Part shown: positions 11,328 through 38,900 of the stretch, one piece after another
Layout: each line of letters starts with the position of its first letter
Position numbering within the stretch: the stretch's first letter is position 1
From: Bugula neritina
Taxonomy: Eukaryota; Animalia; Bryozoa
DNA length: 64,000 nt
Assembly: GCA_964035545.1 (NCBI GenBank)
Contig: OZ037766.1
Coordinates: forward strand, 9,786,722-9,850,721
Direction of reading: 5' to 3'
Notes under the pieces: model-generated
Database searches by the model: none
What the model was told of the DNA's origin: nothing
Seen by the model: the letters and a program-made list of their open reading frames with translations, nothing else
Translations under genes and position numbers: made by a program

Positions 11328-13388
11328 ATGAGCAAACGAGCGAGAACTGTAGAGCAGGAGAACAGGCAGTTCAATGATGCTTGGACAGAAGAATTCCTGA
11401 TGGTACCTCTGCCTGCAGGTGGGATGCTTTGCCTTGAATGCAACACCACAGTAAAAACTATGAAACGATCGAATGCCAAGTCTCACTATGAGATGAAACA
11501 TGGCCAAACTTATAATCGAATGAATCCAGAGTTTAGGAAAGAAAGAGTTGCCTCTTTGATAACTACTCGTCAGAGACAACAATCAATGATGAGAGGGCCG
11601 ACAGATGACAACAAGAAAGCACTGCTAGTTGGTTCAAAGATAACGCACCTCATAAACAAAAAAGGCAAGTTTTGTAAACTAAGTTTTAATTTTTGGATTT
11701 ATATGCATTTCATTACAGTATATTTCTCAGCAAATTCAATTCTAATTCATACCATGTGTAGTGTTGAGTTTACCCAGTGGTCCCTGTGGTGTAATGGTTA
11801 GCACACTGGCTTGCAAGCCAGAGGTCTCGAGTTTGATTCCTAGGGGAGGACAATTATTTTTCACCATGTATCTAAGTTTATACTTATAAGACTCATTCTC
11901 TATTTCCCAGGTAAACCGTTCATGGATGGTCAAATTATCAAGGAATGCATTGAAATTGCAGCTGACACTATGTGTGATAATGAGCAAGCTAAGCAGGTTT
12001 TTCAGAAAATCTCCCTGTCTCGACCCACAATAACACGTCGAACTGAGCAGTTGAGTGCAAATATCCAGGCTCAGTTGGCAGACAGGATGAAGGAATTTTT
12101 AGCTTACTCCATAGCACTTGATGAGTCAACTGATAAAGTGGACACAGCACAGCTGTCAATATTTATTAGAGGCGTAGACAAGAATCTCATTGTCACTGAG
12201 GATCTCTTAGCTTTACGAAGCATGAAGAGCACCACTACGGGTAAAGATGTTTACAATGAAGTCATGGCCACCATAGAGACTAAAAATTTGGCTCTCAACA
12301 AACTCAGTGCTATTGTAACAGATGGGGCACCATCTATGAATGGTGTGAGGAATGGCTTCACCACCTTGCTACTTAACAAAATAAGAGAGGAGAAAATCAA
12401 TCCTCTGCCTCTTGCATTCCATTGCATTATCCATCAGGAGAATCTTGCAGCTAAGACTCTCAGGATGGACAACGTTCTTCAGGTTGTGAAAGAAACTGTA
12501 AACTACATCAGATCAAGAGGTCTGAAACATCGACAATTTCGACAATTTCTTGATGAATTACAAGCAGAGTATGAAGATATTCCGTACTTTGCAGAGGTGC
12601 GATGGTTGTCAAAGGGAAAAATGATAGAAAGAGCATACAAGCTTCAAACAGAGATTCTTAACTTTTGTGAAAGTCATGGTAGAGAGCTACCTGAGTTCAG
12701 AGATTCAGAATTTTTGAATGACTTTGCATTCCTTGTTGACATACTCACTCATCTCAATGAACTAAATACAAAACTGCAAGGCAAGGACAAGCTAATATCT
12801 GATCTGTATCACTATGTGGGTGGATTTGACGGAATGTTGGAGCTTTGGATAGAGGAATTTGATAAATATTACGTTGACCGAGAGAGCTTTCCAACACTGG
12901 CAGGACGTCCTGGACTTGAAGAGAATTTTATAGTTATTAATCGTTATAAAACTATTTTATCAGAACTGAAAGGTGAGTTTGAGAATAGATTCATGGACTT
13001 CAAAAATATCAAGGACGATATCTCTGCTTTTTCAGCAATACTCCAAGTCAACGTACCTCGTCACTTGCAAATTGAGGTCATTCAACTGAAAAATGATCTG
13101 GTTTATGCTCCTCTCTTCGCACCCGACCAAGACTTGCTCAAAGCATACCAAAGCCTACCTCCAACCTACTACCCAAGGATCAGGAGTTTTGCTGCCAGAT
13201 TTCTCAGCATGTTTGCTAGCACATATCGATGTGAGCAGCTATTCTCTCGAATGGGGTATGCCAAAAGCAAATTTAGATCGAGGCTAACGGACTCCCATCT
13301 GGCTGATCTCCTTCACATATCGGCATCGGACATTGAGCCAGATTATCAAAACATATTAAGCTCTGTTCAGTGCCAGCCTTCTCATTAA
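11328..13388 (+). CDS. hAT transposase (GTF2IRD2/SPIN-like), 604 aa, two exons 11328-11664 and 11911-13388
   Basis: The spliced junction reads LINKK-G-KPFMDGQIIKEC. Motifs: BED-like CLEC...HYEMKH, IALDESTD, VTDGAPSM, HCIIHQE, RWLS, STYRCEQLFS. No stops or frameshifts. The intron donor is GC (G|gcaagt) and the acceptor is tttcccag. Confidence 0.92.
11779..11851 (+). tRNA. tRNA-like sequence (pseudo-tRNA or SINE head, Gln-like 5' half) inside the transposase intron
   Basis: GGTCCCTGTGGTGTAATGGTTAGCACACTGGCTTGCAAGCCAGAGGTCTCGAGTTTGATTCC has an A box (TGGTGTAATGG), an anticodon stem CTGGC/GCCAG and a B-box-like GAGTTTGATTCC. The 6-nt loop and imperfect T and acceptor stems argue against a functional tRNA. 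Confidence 0.65.
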
Positions 13389-14148
13389 TGTACAAAAATA
13401 TGCTTACTGTCCTGAACAAATCAGGTTATTTTCCTGGATTTATTTTTCATAACAAATAAATGCATCTCAAATGCGAAAATAGTCTCTCATTAATAATATG
13501 TGGGGGGGGGGGTTTGAAAGTGGAATTGACACTAAACTTTCTAGCGGCCTTTTTGATGGCTGAAATTTTTTTTACGGCCTTTTCCTAAAAAAGGTTGAGC
13601 ACCCATGGTCTAGGCTAACTATAGAGAGACACACGTTTATCTGGCTATATCGTTATCACATACTCTGTACCTTGAAACCTAAATGTAACTTTTTTCTTTT
13701 ATATTCTATATTGTGTAAATATACGATTCTAAATCCCACGGCAAATCAAGTGTCGTAGCTTCTCGATAGCATAATTACCAAGACGCAGTAATTGAAGGCA
13801 TATGAAACCCACCACAGTAATATAATCGCAAAGATTATAACAATATTTATAACTAAAAATTCAATTTAGAAACTCTGATAGAGAAACTAATTTAATGCAG
13901 AGGATGCACTGGTATAGATTATATTTACTAAATACTAGTAGGCTGGGAAATATTATTTTATTTTTTTGAACAAAACAATAAATATAATAGTAAGTATATT
14001 TATGGATAGAGTCTTAGTAGGGCAGTAACAACATAAAACAGGAAGGAGAATACATAAAACATGAAGTCAGGACCTGCTAAAACCTCAATATAAAAGAAGA
14101 CTGAGAAATAAATATAATTGTTCAAAAGCAAACTAAGCGCAGATCAAT

Positions 14149-27785
<13,637 letters not shown>

Positions 27786-30199
27786 CTTCTGCTCTACAAC
27801 AGTTCAAGACTTCAAGTTACTGTTAGAGGTGAAGTTACTGTGTTAAATCATTATTACTATAACTGATTTATTAAGCATGGCTTTAGCTAAAGTTAGTAAC
27901 ATGTTCAAATTATATTTGTTTTTTTTATTAAAATATTTTCTATAAGCTTATCTAAAAGAGAGCTATCCACTACATGAATGAAATTTTCAGACTGCAGTAC
28001 TACATTATAACATTGATGCATAATTTTATCAAAGTAGTTGATCTCCAAGGTTCTAGAGTCTAGACTTTATCCACCCATTTAACAACACCCTACCAAGCTT
28101 TTGTAAGCACAGATATTATGTAACATCTCAACAACTACTTAATAAAACTACACAGTTACATAACAACCAAATTATAAGTTGCATGTCTAAAACTGGTAGT
28201 CAAGAGCAAGCTAGTTTGCCATCTATGGAAAATATATCATTTAGTGGGTAGTTTCTAGTCAACAGGTTATGCAATCATCAACGTGGTATTATAACAAAAT
28301 AAAAGCTGTAACTGATTATAATAAATGTACACCCGGCTTCAAATGAGGATATTATTAATGTATTGAGAAATGTTGCGCAATCGCGCGTCAGTCGATCCAT
28401 TCTAGTTTCTGATTTCCATACATATGCACCGTGAGCAATGCGTCCACTTGCTGGTGTTCAATCAAGCGTTCAATTAGCGATTGTATGAGCCCATACAATC
28501 CAGCGCTTCTTCGCATGGCCTGATTATGACATGCGGAGTGGTGGCGTGAGTTAAACACAGTTGTGATGGTTACACGGGCATGTACTTGTAGAGCACTAGA
28601 GCATACGTTAACACAAGCAGGAAGGCAAATTATAGAAAATGATAACAACACATTGTTTCTGGCGTTATTATATAGCTACCTACCACAAATTTTAATTAAA
28701 CTCATAGTATATCGCAATTGTTACAGCTGTATTGTGCGTTGGACATTGGACAATATGAAAATAATAAATTTTAAAAAATGTTACTGCCAAAACAGGTTAA
28801 TGCATGTAATTACCGTTTAATATCCACACAATAGTGTACACAGATTATTGCCGATAGTAGTGATTGTTAATAGGTATTTAATAGTGGATTGCTATTGTAA
28901 TGATGCTTATACCTGATTAAAACGTGTTCAAGCCCAAAACAGCTTTAGGAGCTTGTGTTTTTGTAATTTACTGTGGACTTGCAAATAAAGATGAGACAGG
29001 TAATAAAACTGCTGTACGGCTCCTAGAGATTAAACACCACGCCTATGGAGGTTTTTGATCATAAAAACCAAGCCCAAAATATAACAACTAAGCAGTGCAT
29101 CCTGGTATCAATTCATTTAGGAGCAGCTCATATTCTCACCCATAGCTATGTCACAAAAAGCAAATTAAACATGCTACAAAACAATGCTTAGGCTTGCAGA
29201 ATAGATGCAGCTGCAATTATTTTGGATAAACTTCAGTCAAAAATTGCTAAAATAAAATATGCCTACATGCAACCGGCCAAGTATCAAATGAAGTAACAAT
29301 TATAGAAAAAACAACAGAATACTCAAAATGGTAACAAAAATTATTAGCCAAGGTACACCACTTAAAGATTGCCAAATTGGCATAATACATTTTACATAGT
29401 TTCAGCTAACTGTCATTAAATTATTGGTGTAGATTTAGACATTTTATATAGCTTAGTTTCTACAAGTTTGTAAATCTGAAAAAAAACATATTTATAAAAA
29501 ACTTATTTTTTGAAGAGGCTAGTAAGAACATCTTTAAAGCTACAACTACTGTCAGAAAGTTATGCAAAAGTTATGAAAAGATGCAGATCAAGCACTTTGT
29601 ATAATAATCACCAAAGGCTTTAATAATTCTTTAAAGTATATATCAATTTAACATTATTGTATGGTCATCCATTTTACTTACAGAGCAGTGTTTTAAATTT
29701 CTCAAAACAGAATGTTAATTTTATAGAATAACGGAGAGAACATATATTTTATAAAATGTCAATCTATTCTACTTGCATACTAATATCTAGTTTATCACTT
29801 TTTTCTCTTTGATTATGATAATTGAAAAGCTCAACAATGGCCCAAATTTTTGTTTTTTTAGTAATTAAATTGTTTTGGCTGTTATTTAATGATGATTTAG
29901 TTTAACTTACAGAATGCTTGTGCTGTCAATAAGTCAAAATAATATTAATTGGTGCAAAATATTCAATTACTATTACTATTACTATTAGTATTAGCACAAT
30001 AGAAACTTTTTGCTGCAGATTTGCAATTTATTATACTCTTTTATACTTAAAATTTAGGACAAAATGAATAAGCTGATCATAATAAATCATGGTTACCGTT
30101 ATGACTTGTAGCAATACTTGCACAAGAAAAAGATTGACTTACTTACAAAATTATATATTAATATGTATACTTTATTCATTTTAAATTAACATTATACTT

Positions 30200-31418
30200 A
30201 CAGATTTTATTTGCTTTCAGCACCTTGACCTTCACTTGGAAACTCTGTGATTTGATGTTGATGCACTGTCAGTCCGGTTATATTTCAGTCGTATTTGTAA
30301 GTTGATAAGATTTTTGAAACATTAGCTACGCCTATAGAGTACTGGTAGAAGCTTGCTGTTAACAAATAAATAACGAAAAACGTTCTGTTGCCTACTTTTG
30401 TTATACCTCGTATCAGGCCATACATGTAGAAATTATTATGGCCTTAGTGAGTCACACGTTACTCTTGACACGCGATTTAAGCGTGGCGCAGTATATTGAG
30501 CGAATAGTGAGCATGTTTGTAAAATGTGCAACACTATTGGTGTATTTTTAGCCAAATTGAAAATAGCGAGTTTAATTTTTAAAAAGAAAAAGTTGCGTTG
30601 GTTACAAAATAGACGTTTAGCAGACTCATACACTCTAATAAGTATACTTCACTGCAGAAATGCACGTTAATAAAGGAGTGAATATAGTCAGCCTTGTAGA
30701 CTTGTCCTTGCCACTTCCTTCCAACCCATTGAATTGATAAGCTACTGGGAAAAGCCACTGCAACCCTGCAAGAGTTTGTGTATTACCAATAGATAAAGCT
30801 CAGTTTTTAGTCATTGAAAACTTCAAGAGTTATAATAATTAGTATAGCTATTAAGTTTGCATAAGTCGATCGTAATAACATTTGTGTCTAAAGCTCAATT
30901 TCATTATCATGTGAAACTCAAACTAAAAGTAAATTAGAATTAAATTTATATTAATAATAATTATAATATTAAATTTAATATTAATTGTTATTTGTTATAA
31001 TAGTGATTATTATATGATATTCATATTAATATTGAAACTGAAAGTAATATTGATATAAATATTAATATAAATATTACTGTTACAACAGTGAACAGTGGAA
31101 ATCACTATTAAAGTTAAACATTTGATGTAGAAATAAGCATTTGTAAATGTATTAATAAACTAACAGTAACACTTAATCTTATACATATAGTTATACTTAT
31201 AGTTATAGTAGTACTAGTGTTAGTAGTGTGTTAAATTTGAAATTGATAATCCAACTTCAAGTGGCTGCGATATTCATGTTGATAGGAGTTGCTTTAATAA
31301 TAATATATCTATATAAGCTGAAGCTAAGCATAACATAAACATTGGACGTACGAGTAAAATTTACACTAAGCTAAAGTTAAATGCTGAAATTAAAGCAAAA
31401 GTTATTATAACGATAATA
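30200..31418. promoter_or_regulatory. Probable divergent promoter region shared by FASN and TBL2
   Basis: The two genes are head-to-head. A minus-strand gtaagt donor at about 30201 suggests a non-coding FASN first exon, and there is a CpG-containing patch at about 30440-30620. The TSS is not demonstrable from sequence. Confidence 0.35.
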
Positions 31419-34400
31419 ATGATCACTGAAGTTATTATTGCAAGTATTGTGGGTGCGGGTCTCTTAATATTTTTCTTAGTAAAACTTTTCAATAATCACG
31501 GGCATAACAGTAGTGCAAACGATAAAAATGCCTTCAAATTCAATAAATCTGTTAATGAGTTTGAAGATGAAAATCAGCAAGAAAATGCTTTGACAGAAGA
31601 AAAATGTAATAAAAGCCAGGAAGGAAATGGTTTTGGTAAGCAAGTCAACACATTGATCATAAAAAGTAGCATGCCATCAGTGTTTTATAACCCCTTAATA
31701 TAATTCCTGTATTTACGGCTTAGCCTTAGACTCTACTATAACTGCACAGCCAGACCATCACTAAAATGAGTGGGCTAGCAGACCACAATTAGACTGATTA
31801 AAAGAACTTGGTCACTTTACTACTATCTTCAGTATTTTGCTACTTTTTATAGAGGGTGGTAAAAAGAAGTATGGTAAGCCAAAAAGTGGCAAGGTAAAGC
31901 TAATATCTGACACCTTCACTCATCCTTTGCTGGTCACATCTTTGAAGGGTCATGCTGGAGATGTTACTAGTTTTGATCTCAGTTCTAATGGAAAGTATTT
32001 AATAAGCACTGCTACAGGTAAATGATTTATGCTCTTACCAAATAGTATGTACTGCAAATTTTTTTGTATACTGTTGTAGTTTTATGCACTAGTAAGTAGG
32101 TTGTTATTGTATGTATCAATAATTACTGCATGTTCACTATGAGGTTATGGAAAGAACCGAAATAGTTGACGTTTCAGAGAAATAATTGTATTGAGATTCT
32201 AATTATGTACAAACTGAGTGATATAGAACATAGCAAAAAGACTACGACTTAGGAACAATCACATGAGTAACTTAGTTAATCGACAGCTATCCTCAGACTG
32301 AGGCTGGGCGCCGGAAGGTGCTACTTATATCCAAGAGGTTGGTCCTGATTGGTTAGTATAGGGTTCTGGCAGTACTGCCGTATGGAGTGATGCGGTGCCG
32401 CTCTTAACTGCGGCATCGCTACGGAGTTGTAGTTCCTTGGAACTTATCTGTCTCATAATATAATACAAGTACTTAGGCAGGGGTACTGGGGGGTATACTT
32501 CTCACAGCCACTACAATACTACACATGTTTTAAACTAAATATTTTCACTTAACTGAATCTCTCTGGCACGCTCGGGTCTACTTGTAGGCATTTACATGAG
32601 CTTGTTTAACCAATTATCTTGGTTGGACTTACTTGAACATTTCAATCCCCTTGCTGCTTGAACATTTCCCATTGTCAAAGTACTAAATTTTATCTATAAA
32701 TTTAGTTTATTTAAGGAAATTGGGGATTTTGGGAGGTGTGGTAGCTCAAGATTTTACCTTTAACATGAGTTTTGAAATTTAATCCAGATGGCATTTCACA
32801 TGTATTATTCTGGATCAAGGAATTTTTGCTCCATAGTTTTTTTGTTCAATACTTAGTATTCTAAGCTACAAATATGTAGGATAAATCTTCTATTATTTTA
32901 GATCGAAGTATCTTTTTATGGACCATCAAAGATCTAGGAAGTAAGTCTGTGAAGTAAGTTATTCTGGTGATATACATACTAACATCTTAGTAATTTACAT
33001 TGAAAAGAAATTTAATTATGCAAAATTTTGGTTATGTAATATAATTGTCAATATGTCACAGTTACCAATAAATAATGACATTTGCAGGTCTCATAGAGCT
33101 AATGTAGAATTTGACAGTGCACGTCTAATTAAGTTCAGTCCTGACAACCGATCGTTCATCACCTGTTTGGAGAATGGCAATTGCGTACGGGTTTTCAAGT
33201 TTAAAAAGAATGAAGATGGTTCTTTCAGCAAAATTGAACAAGTTATGGATGACTTTCCCAAGGTTAGTGTGGGTTTTTCTCAATTTACTGGTTTTTATTA
33301 GAATTGTTTAACTAATACAGAAAAATTAACAGAAACAAAAATTGTTTTCTACATTCCAATTTGTATACCAATCTAACATCAATGTTGCTGCTATTAAAAA
33401 AGAAAATTTTATATAAGTTCTCAGCAACATATAAAAGTGCAATGATGTCAGGCAAAAGTTGTATATTCCTTTAGAGTTTAGAAGCATGAGTCATATATAC
33501 CATCAATAATGTAATACTATTTTAGTGTAATGCCTTCAGACTTGTCATTTAATTTCATTTAAAGAATCCTGATATATGCACCAAATCATTTTAAAGCGGT
33601 GAGATTTTAAATCACTATAGAACTCGTTAAAATATCTTGTTGTAATGTAGGGCACTACAGCAATTCTATATTTTTATAACTAAATGAAAGCTAATATCAG
33701 AGCTTGTAAATTCTGTCTCTTAAAAACTACTGCCTTGGCCACTAGCTTCAGTAGCTCAAACAATATTCGCACAACTGTAAGTATATGCCTTTCTTTAGAC
33801 TCACTCTGCTGATATTATAAACATTGGCATAGACTCTGCTGGTAACTATGCCATGACAGCTGATGCTGGAACTAGATTTGACATCCTCAATTTGAAAGGT
33901 TTGTTGGTGTAAATAACATTCTGTTTGGCAAACTTGGTGTTACTAGTTTATTACTAACGTATTTTTCGTATCAATTAATGTACACTATTGTCAATTTGTC
34001 AAGAAATTTATTGTGCTCCAATTTTTTATTTGCTGCAAGATTATCTTATTCATAATGGAATTGTAGATATTTTTAATATTAACATTATAGGTGACCAACT
34101 CAGTTCTGTAGACACTGGCACAATGTGTAATAGTGGAGCAGTTGTGTCACCTTGTGGCCGATTCGTAGCTGCGTTTGGTGAGTATGCGGAGGAGACAATT
34201 CACAAACTGTACTTCTTTCTATACCCTACAATTTGTGAAATCTAAAAACATGTATAACTAAGTGAAGAAAACTAATCTAATGGTAGAGTGCAGAGCAACT
34301 CTTTAAAGAGCTGAAAGTTTCAACTTTACTTCAGTAATCCAAGCATTTTTATATTCGTGTTATTCAGTTTATTTGTACTATTCATTTTTGCCATAGTCAT

Positions 34401-35956
34401 TTTTGCGATTACACCATACAAACTTTGTAGTAAAGTGCTTATTGCCTTTGTTATATAGGTTTTACCCCTGATGTGAAAGTATGGGAAGTGGCATTTGATA
34501 GGGCAAAGGAATTCAAGGGGGTTAAAAGAGTTTTTGATCTCAAAGGTCACAAAGCTGGTGTCTTATCCCTTGCATTCTCAGCTGATTCAGGTAGAGCTGC
34601 CACTCTTTCAAAAGATTCAACCTGGAAACTTTGGAAAACTGATGGTTAGCAACTAAACTTTTATATGATTGTGCTCTGTTTTCTAATAAACTTTAATGGA
34701 AATTATTTGTGTTTCCTTTGCCTTAGCATTTAGTTATATTTGTGAATATTCACAATTGGGCATATTAATTTGATCACTTTTCGAGTCATTTTTATGTTGT
34801 AATTATTTGTGTTAATGTTAATCTGTAATTATAAAAATCAAAATACTTTCTATTAAAGCTTTGTAATAATTTTTCAGTTGAGTATGCACGAGGACAAGAT
34901 CCAGTGCTAATTTGTACGGGTACAGTCAAGGATAAGCTGGATGCAGCCCACATTGCTGTGAGTCCGGATGGTAGAACTGTAGCTACAGCTGTTGAGAACA
35001 ACGTGACACTCTATAATGGTATAACTCAAGAGGAGGACCATAAGATCACTGCCATCTTTTCAAGTATGTTGATGAGTTTGAAGCTAGAATATTATCTCTA
35101 GGCCACAGGTATTTTGTGGCTGCAACCATTATACTGTGACAGAGCTGCAGCAGCAAATTTTGTGCAAAATATGATTAGGTATTTCTGTTTCAATATGAAT
35201 GTCTCACTGTAATTCGATTGATTTGCTTGAGAGTTATCTTCACTCACCAAGTATTTGAATTTTTTCATGTTTCTTTAACATAAGGCATCCCTTCAATGTC
35301 AAGCCAGTAAAAATTGCCATTATAACATACAGCTTATGCCCATTAAGTGAATATTTGTTATTTTTATTCTTTCAGGTGAAGTTCGCCACATCATGTTTTC
35401 AATGAATGGAAAGTATTTGATATGTTGCGGAGATAGACAAGTCAAGGTATTTAATAACCCCACTGGTTACAAGTCACAAATATCAGACTACACATCACAA
35501 TTGAAGACGTGCAACAAGAATGCTGAGCGCCGGCTCACAGAGCAACTGGAAGAAGCCAAGTAATAATACAATGATTTACAAACCTGTTTGAACACCTTGA
35601 AATTTGGCTTGATGATATAGACTATAGAGCTCTCGCTTTTTTCACACTTACAGCATTTTCTATGCTCGTTTCCGTACTCACGTATTAACTAAGTGTCCAC
35701 TATTTTCATTAGCATAATACTGACAATAATAATAATGTTGCACAAAAATATGCTAGATAACTTACATACAGAACTTTCCTCATCTGTTCACTGTTTTTAT
35801 CAAAGTTTGTCTTGCTTTGTTTTTTAGAACATTCTACTTGTTGAAGTACCCAAGTTTCTCATTTATTATTAGATTTGCAATATAAATTCACAATTTTTAA
35901 TTCAAAATGCTATAATTTGTTTTTATTTTAGGAAAGCACTGAAGGAGCTTAGCTAA
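31419..35956 (+). CDS. TBL2: Transducin beta-like protein 2 (N-terminal membrane anchor plus WD40 repeats)
   Basis: Ten in-frame exons: 31419-31635, 31853-32017, 32902-32953, 33088-33262, 33799-33898, 34091-34177, 34459-34644, 34878-35063, 35376-35559, 35932-35956. Motifs: FTHPLLVTSLKGH, RANVEFD...FSPD, VSPCGRFVA, GFTPDVKVWEV, VEYARGQDP. The N-terminus is hydrophobic. Confidence 0.92.
32131..32506 (-). mobile_element. Possible solo LTR in TBL2 intron 2
   Basis: GC-richer block of about 375 bp with TG...CA ends. The minus strand has CCAAT (accaatcagg) followed by a TATA-like tataagtag. No clean TSD was found. Confidence 0.35.
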
Positions 35957-38900
35957 TTGTCAAAGTGTCAGCAACTGACTGGGCTATGCTAGTGTCCTGC
36001 AATGCTACCACCTAACACTCACCTTCTTGCCATGAACTCAACACTGTAACTTGACATTCTAATTTGATTTCATCCGATAGGGTTTGGGTAAATCGTAAAA
36101 TTTTTCTTGTTATAGTTTTAGTTTGGTTGGCTAAATATACGCTGTCTAGAGTAATGGTGTCTTGTTTTTATTTTGTATCTGTCCTATGCAGTGAAAGATT
36201 GACAATTGAATGGTAAAATGATGATTTGGACCAGGCATTTTTATATAGATTTTCTTCAGCATTGACTAATCCAGGGGAAACTTGTAGCACTTAGCACTAA
36301 TTCTTCAACCTTGCTGAGCTCAGTACTACATTATAGTAACTTCTAGATTTATGCTATTGCTTATTAATCAAGATTTGTGTTGGCTATAAAATGACTTCTG
36401 TGGAGAAACATTATATATAAAACCTAAATTGGTCTTATAGATGTTTCTATTGGAATAAAAGCATGAAAAAAAAATTAATTATCTTTAGACATCTATAGTT
36501 TATAGAGTTGTGAGTATTAGTCAGTGAACAATAACCTCCAAAAAAAACCTTTAAAAAGGAAGGTGAGATTCAAGCACAGATGAGGTGTAACAAAAACTTC
36601 CCACTAAAAACACACATGATATTTTACCTATCTCTTCTCTGTTCTGTATGGGCAGGAGGGCTGATGATATGTAATCTTCCTTCTCACCTAGACAGCTGTA
36701 GTCCACACTGATAACATGTGGTAGATACATGGAAATACATGGTGAGGTCTACTTTTAATTCGATAGAGCTTGGCATGAATTTGCTAAAAGTAAAATGAAA
36801 TTTACAAAAAGAGGTGTTTCGAACACAGTTTTCTTGTATTTCCTGTTTTCAGCTCTGATAAATTTACAAGTTGCAAAAACAAACAAATGTGTCATCAGTT
36901 ACACTTCAGGGATCAGTTCAGGGACTTAAAATTGAGACTTGAGGTAGCTTCTGCCGAAAGTAGTCACTAATAAAAGGTTCAAATTCTAATATTTTTGCTA
37001 AAAGTTAAACCTGAAACCATGGAATTGAAACACTTTAAAAACTTTGAATGTCTAAGCACTCTAAATGAAAATTACTTGAGCAAATATTAAGCAAAAATAA
37101 AACACACTAAACGGAAATGCAAGTATGTAATGCAATCCAATAAACCAAATTTATTCAAGGTCAAATTTGTCTGATCAATGAGACTTATTGAATTGAATCT
37201 TTGTAACCACACAACATGAGTGCAAGTTTTTCTTTGATTAAATTTCTGTCTGATTGAATTTATTAATTTACTAATTGCATTTTGAAGAATACAGCTTTGT
37301 TTTAACCCATTCTAAAAGGAACAGTATTTCATCTAATAGAACTACATCTCCTCAAGTGATTTCATCACCTGTGTTTTACTAGAAAGCAAAACTGAAACTT
37401 TCCCACTGGTGTCTTTCAAAATTAGCATACCAACTATGTGTGGTGGGACTTTTACACCACAGCTCTGCTCTATTTAAGGATGTGTGTATAAGCTTGCATC
37501 TGCACTGCTACTTCATGTAATAAGACAAGGCTTCTGCCACAAAAATAACATAATTTAGTGTTACATATTACATGAAATTGCCGCACCAAAGCATTGTAAA
37601 TGTAGCTCTATATTGTAGCCCATGTGGTCTTCTGCAGCTCTAAAATTTAAACTTCCAGATATCTCAAGGACTGAGTAGTAATATAGTATATACATTTTTA
37701 GCAACACCTTTTCAGGATTTATTGTATGGCTTAACACACCATTTAATTAGTTTTTTTTGTACCATTAACAAAAAAATTGAGAGGAATAAATAGTTTGAAA
37801 GTTTTGTTATTCATAAGCATTTTTTCAGTAGATCATCTGACTACATCTGGAACATTGATGATCACGCTTATTTGATACTAAAAACCCTACATTTTACCCA
37901 AAGCAACCGGGCGCACTTACCATTGTAAAGAATTAGCTGAAATGCAGACTTGCTTACTGAGTTAGTGGGAGTGGGTGTGAGGGAGTTTATAATGATAGGA
38001 ATATTATGCACAACACTATAAGTAGCATTCGTATGATGCTGCTAGCTTTTTTCAGCCTTCCTACTGGTAATTGACTTAATTCAATAATTTTTATTCATAT
38101 TCTATATTGAGTTATTTCTCTTGAGATTCTCTCCGGTATGTTTGTTCATAATCAATTATTATAGCACTGCTGCTCCTTTTGAACTGGATTGATGGTAGTT
38201 ATTTATAATACTGTAAAGAAAACGTGCACCATTTTCTGGCAGCTATATTATGCAGAGTTTTCTACTTATACCTTTTTTGTTCCCTGATGAATTATTGTGT
38301 TTAATGATTTTATTAAGTTATGTGCCCTAATTAGCATTTTAACAAAGATGTAATTGGTACGTTTATGTTGAGCTATTTTATGTAGGTCTAGCTAGTATAA
38401 TAGTGTGTATAGCTTCACATAGTAAACACTGCACTGTACACTTAGCAGTAAAGCCACCACATGCAAACCTATAGCTGTACTATTCCAGTGGAAGTGTTCA
38501 TTTCAAACCGAGACTGCAGCCGTTTATAGTAAGTAGATTCATATCCGCACACACTGCACTTGAGTTACTATGTAGAGGCCACTTGCTCTCAGCTTTCTAT
38601 TTCTAACAATAAAGCTACTGACGTCATCTTCAATCAAATCCATTCAGTCAACAACCCCCATTGCAAATTGGACTCTCATGCTGCCACCACTTCATAGGTA
38701 GTATTTAATAGATTTCGTGTCTAAAAATAGCACAACTTGTTGAAGGCAGCTGAGATTCAAGCTGCTAATATCATGTACTTAGAGACTGGAATAATTGATT
38801 ATTCACCGTTAGCACGCATCTGATAACAGTTGCAATAAGCCTCACGGAGCAGTTGTAAGACTCACTAAAGACTTGGTTATTTGCAGAACTGGCGCAGTGA

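Larger units (their letters stand above)
11036..13607 (+). mobile_element. Full-length hAT DNA transposon, Charlie/SPIN/Buster-like (2572 bp)
   Basis: 16-bp imperfect TIRs CAGTGATGCTCAACCT and AGGTTGAGCACCCATG. Perfect 8-bp TSD GTCTAGGC at 11028-11035 and 13608-13615. Subterminal gcggccttt repeats at both ends. Confidence 0.95.

Noticed and set aside
11779-11851. Functional tRNA gene
   Set aside because: The anticodon loop is 6 nt, and the T-arm and acceptor stem are imperfect.
28325-28845. CpG-richer block upstream of the FASN ATG with two short overlapping ORFs
   Set aside because: Probably a TE fragment, but no termini, TSD or protein motif could be established.
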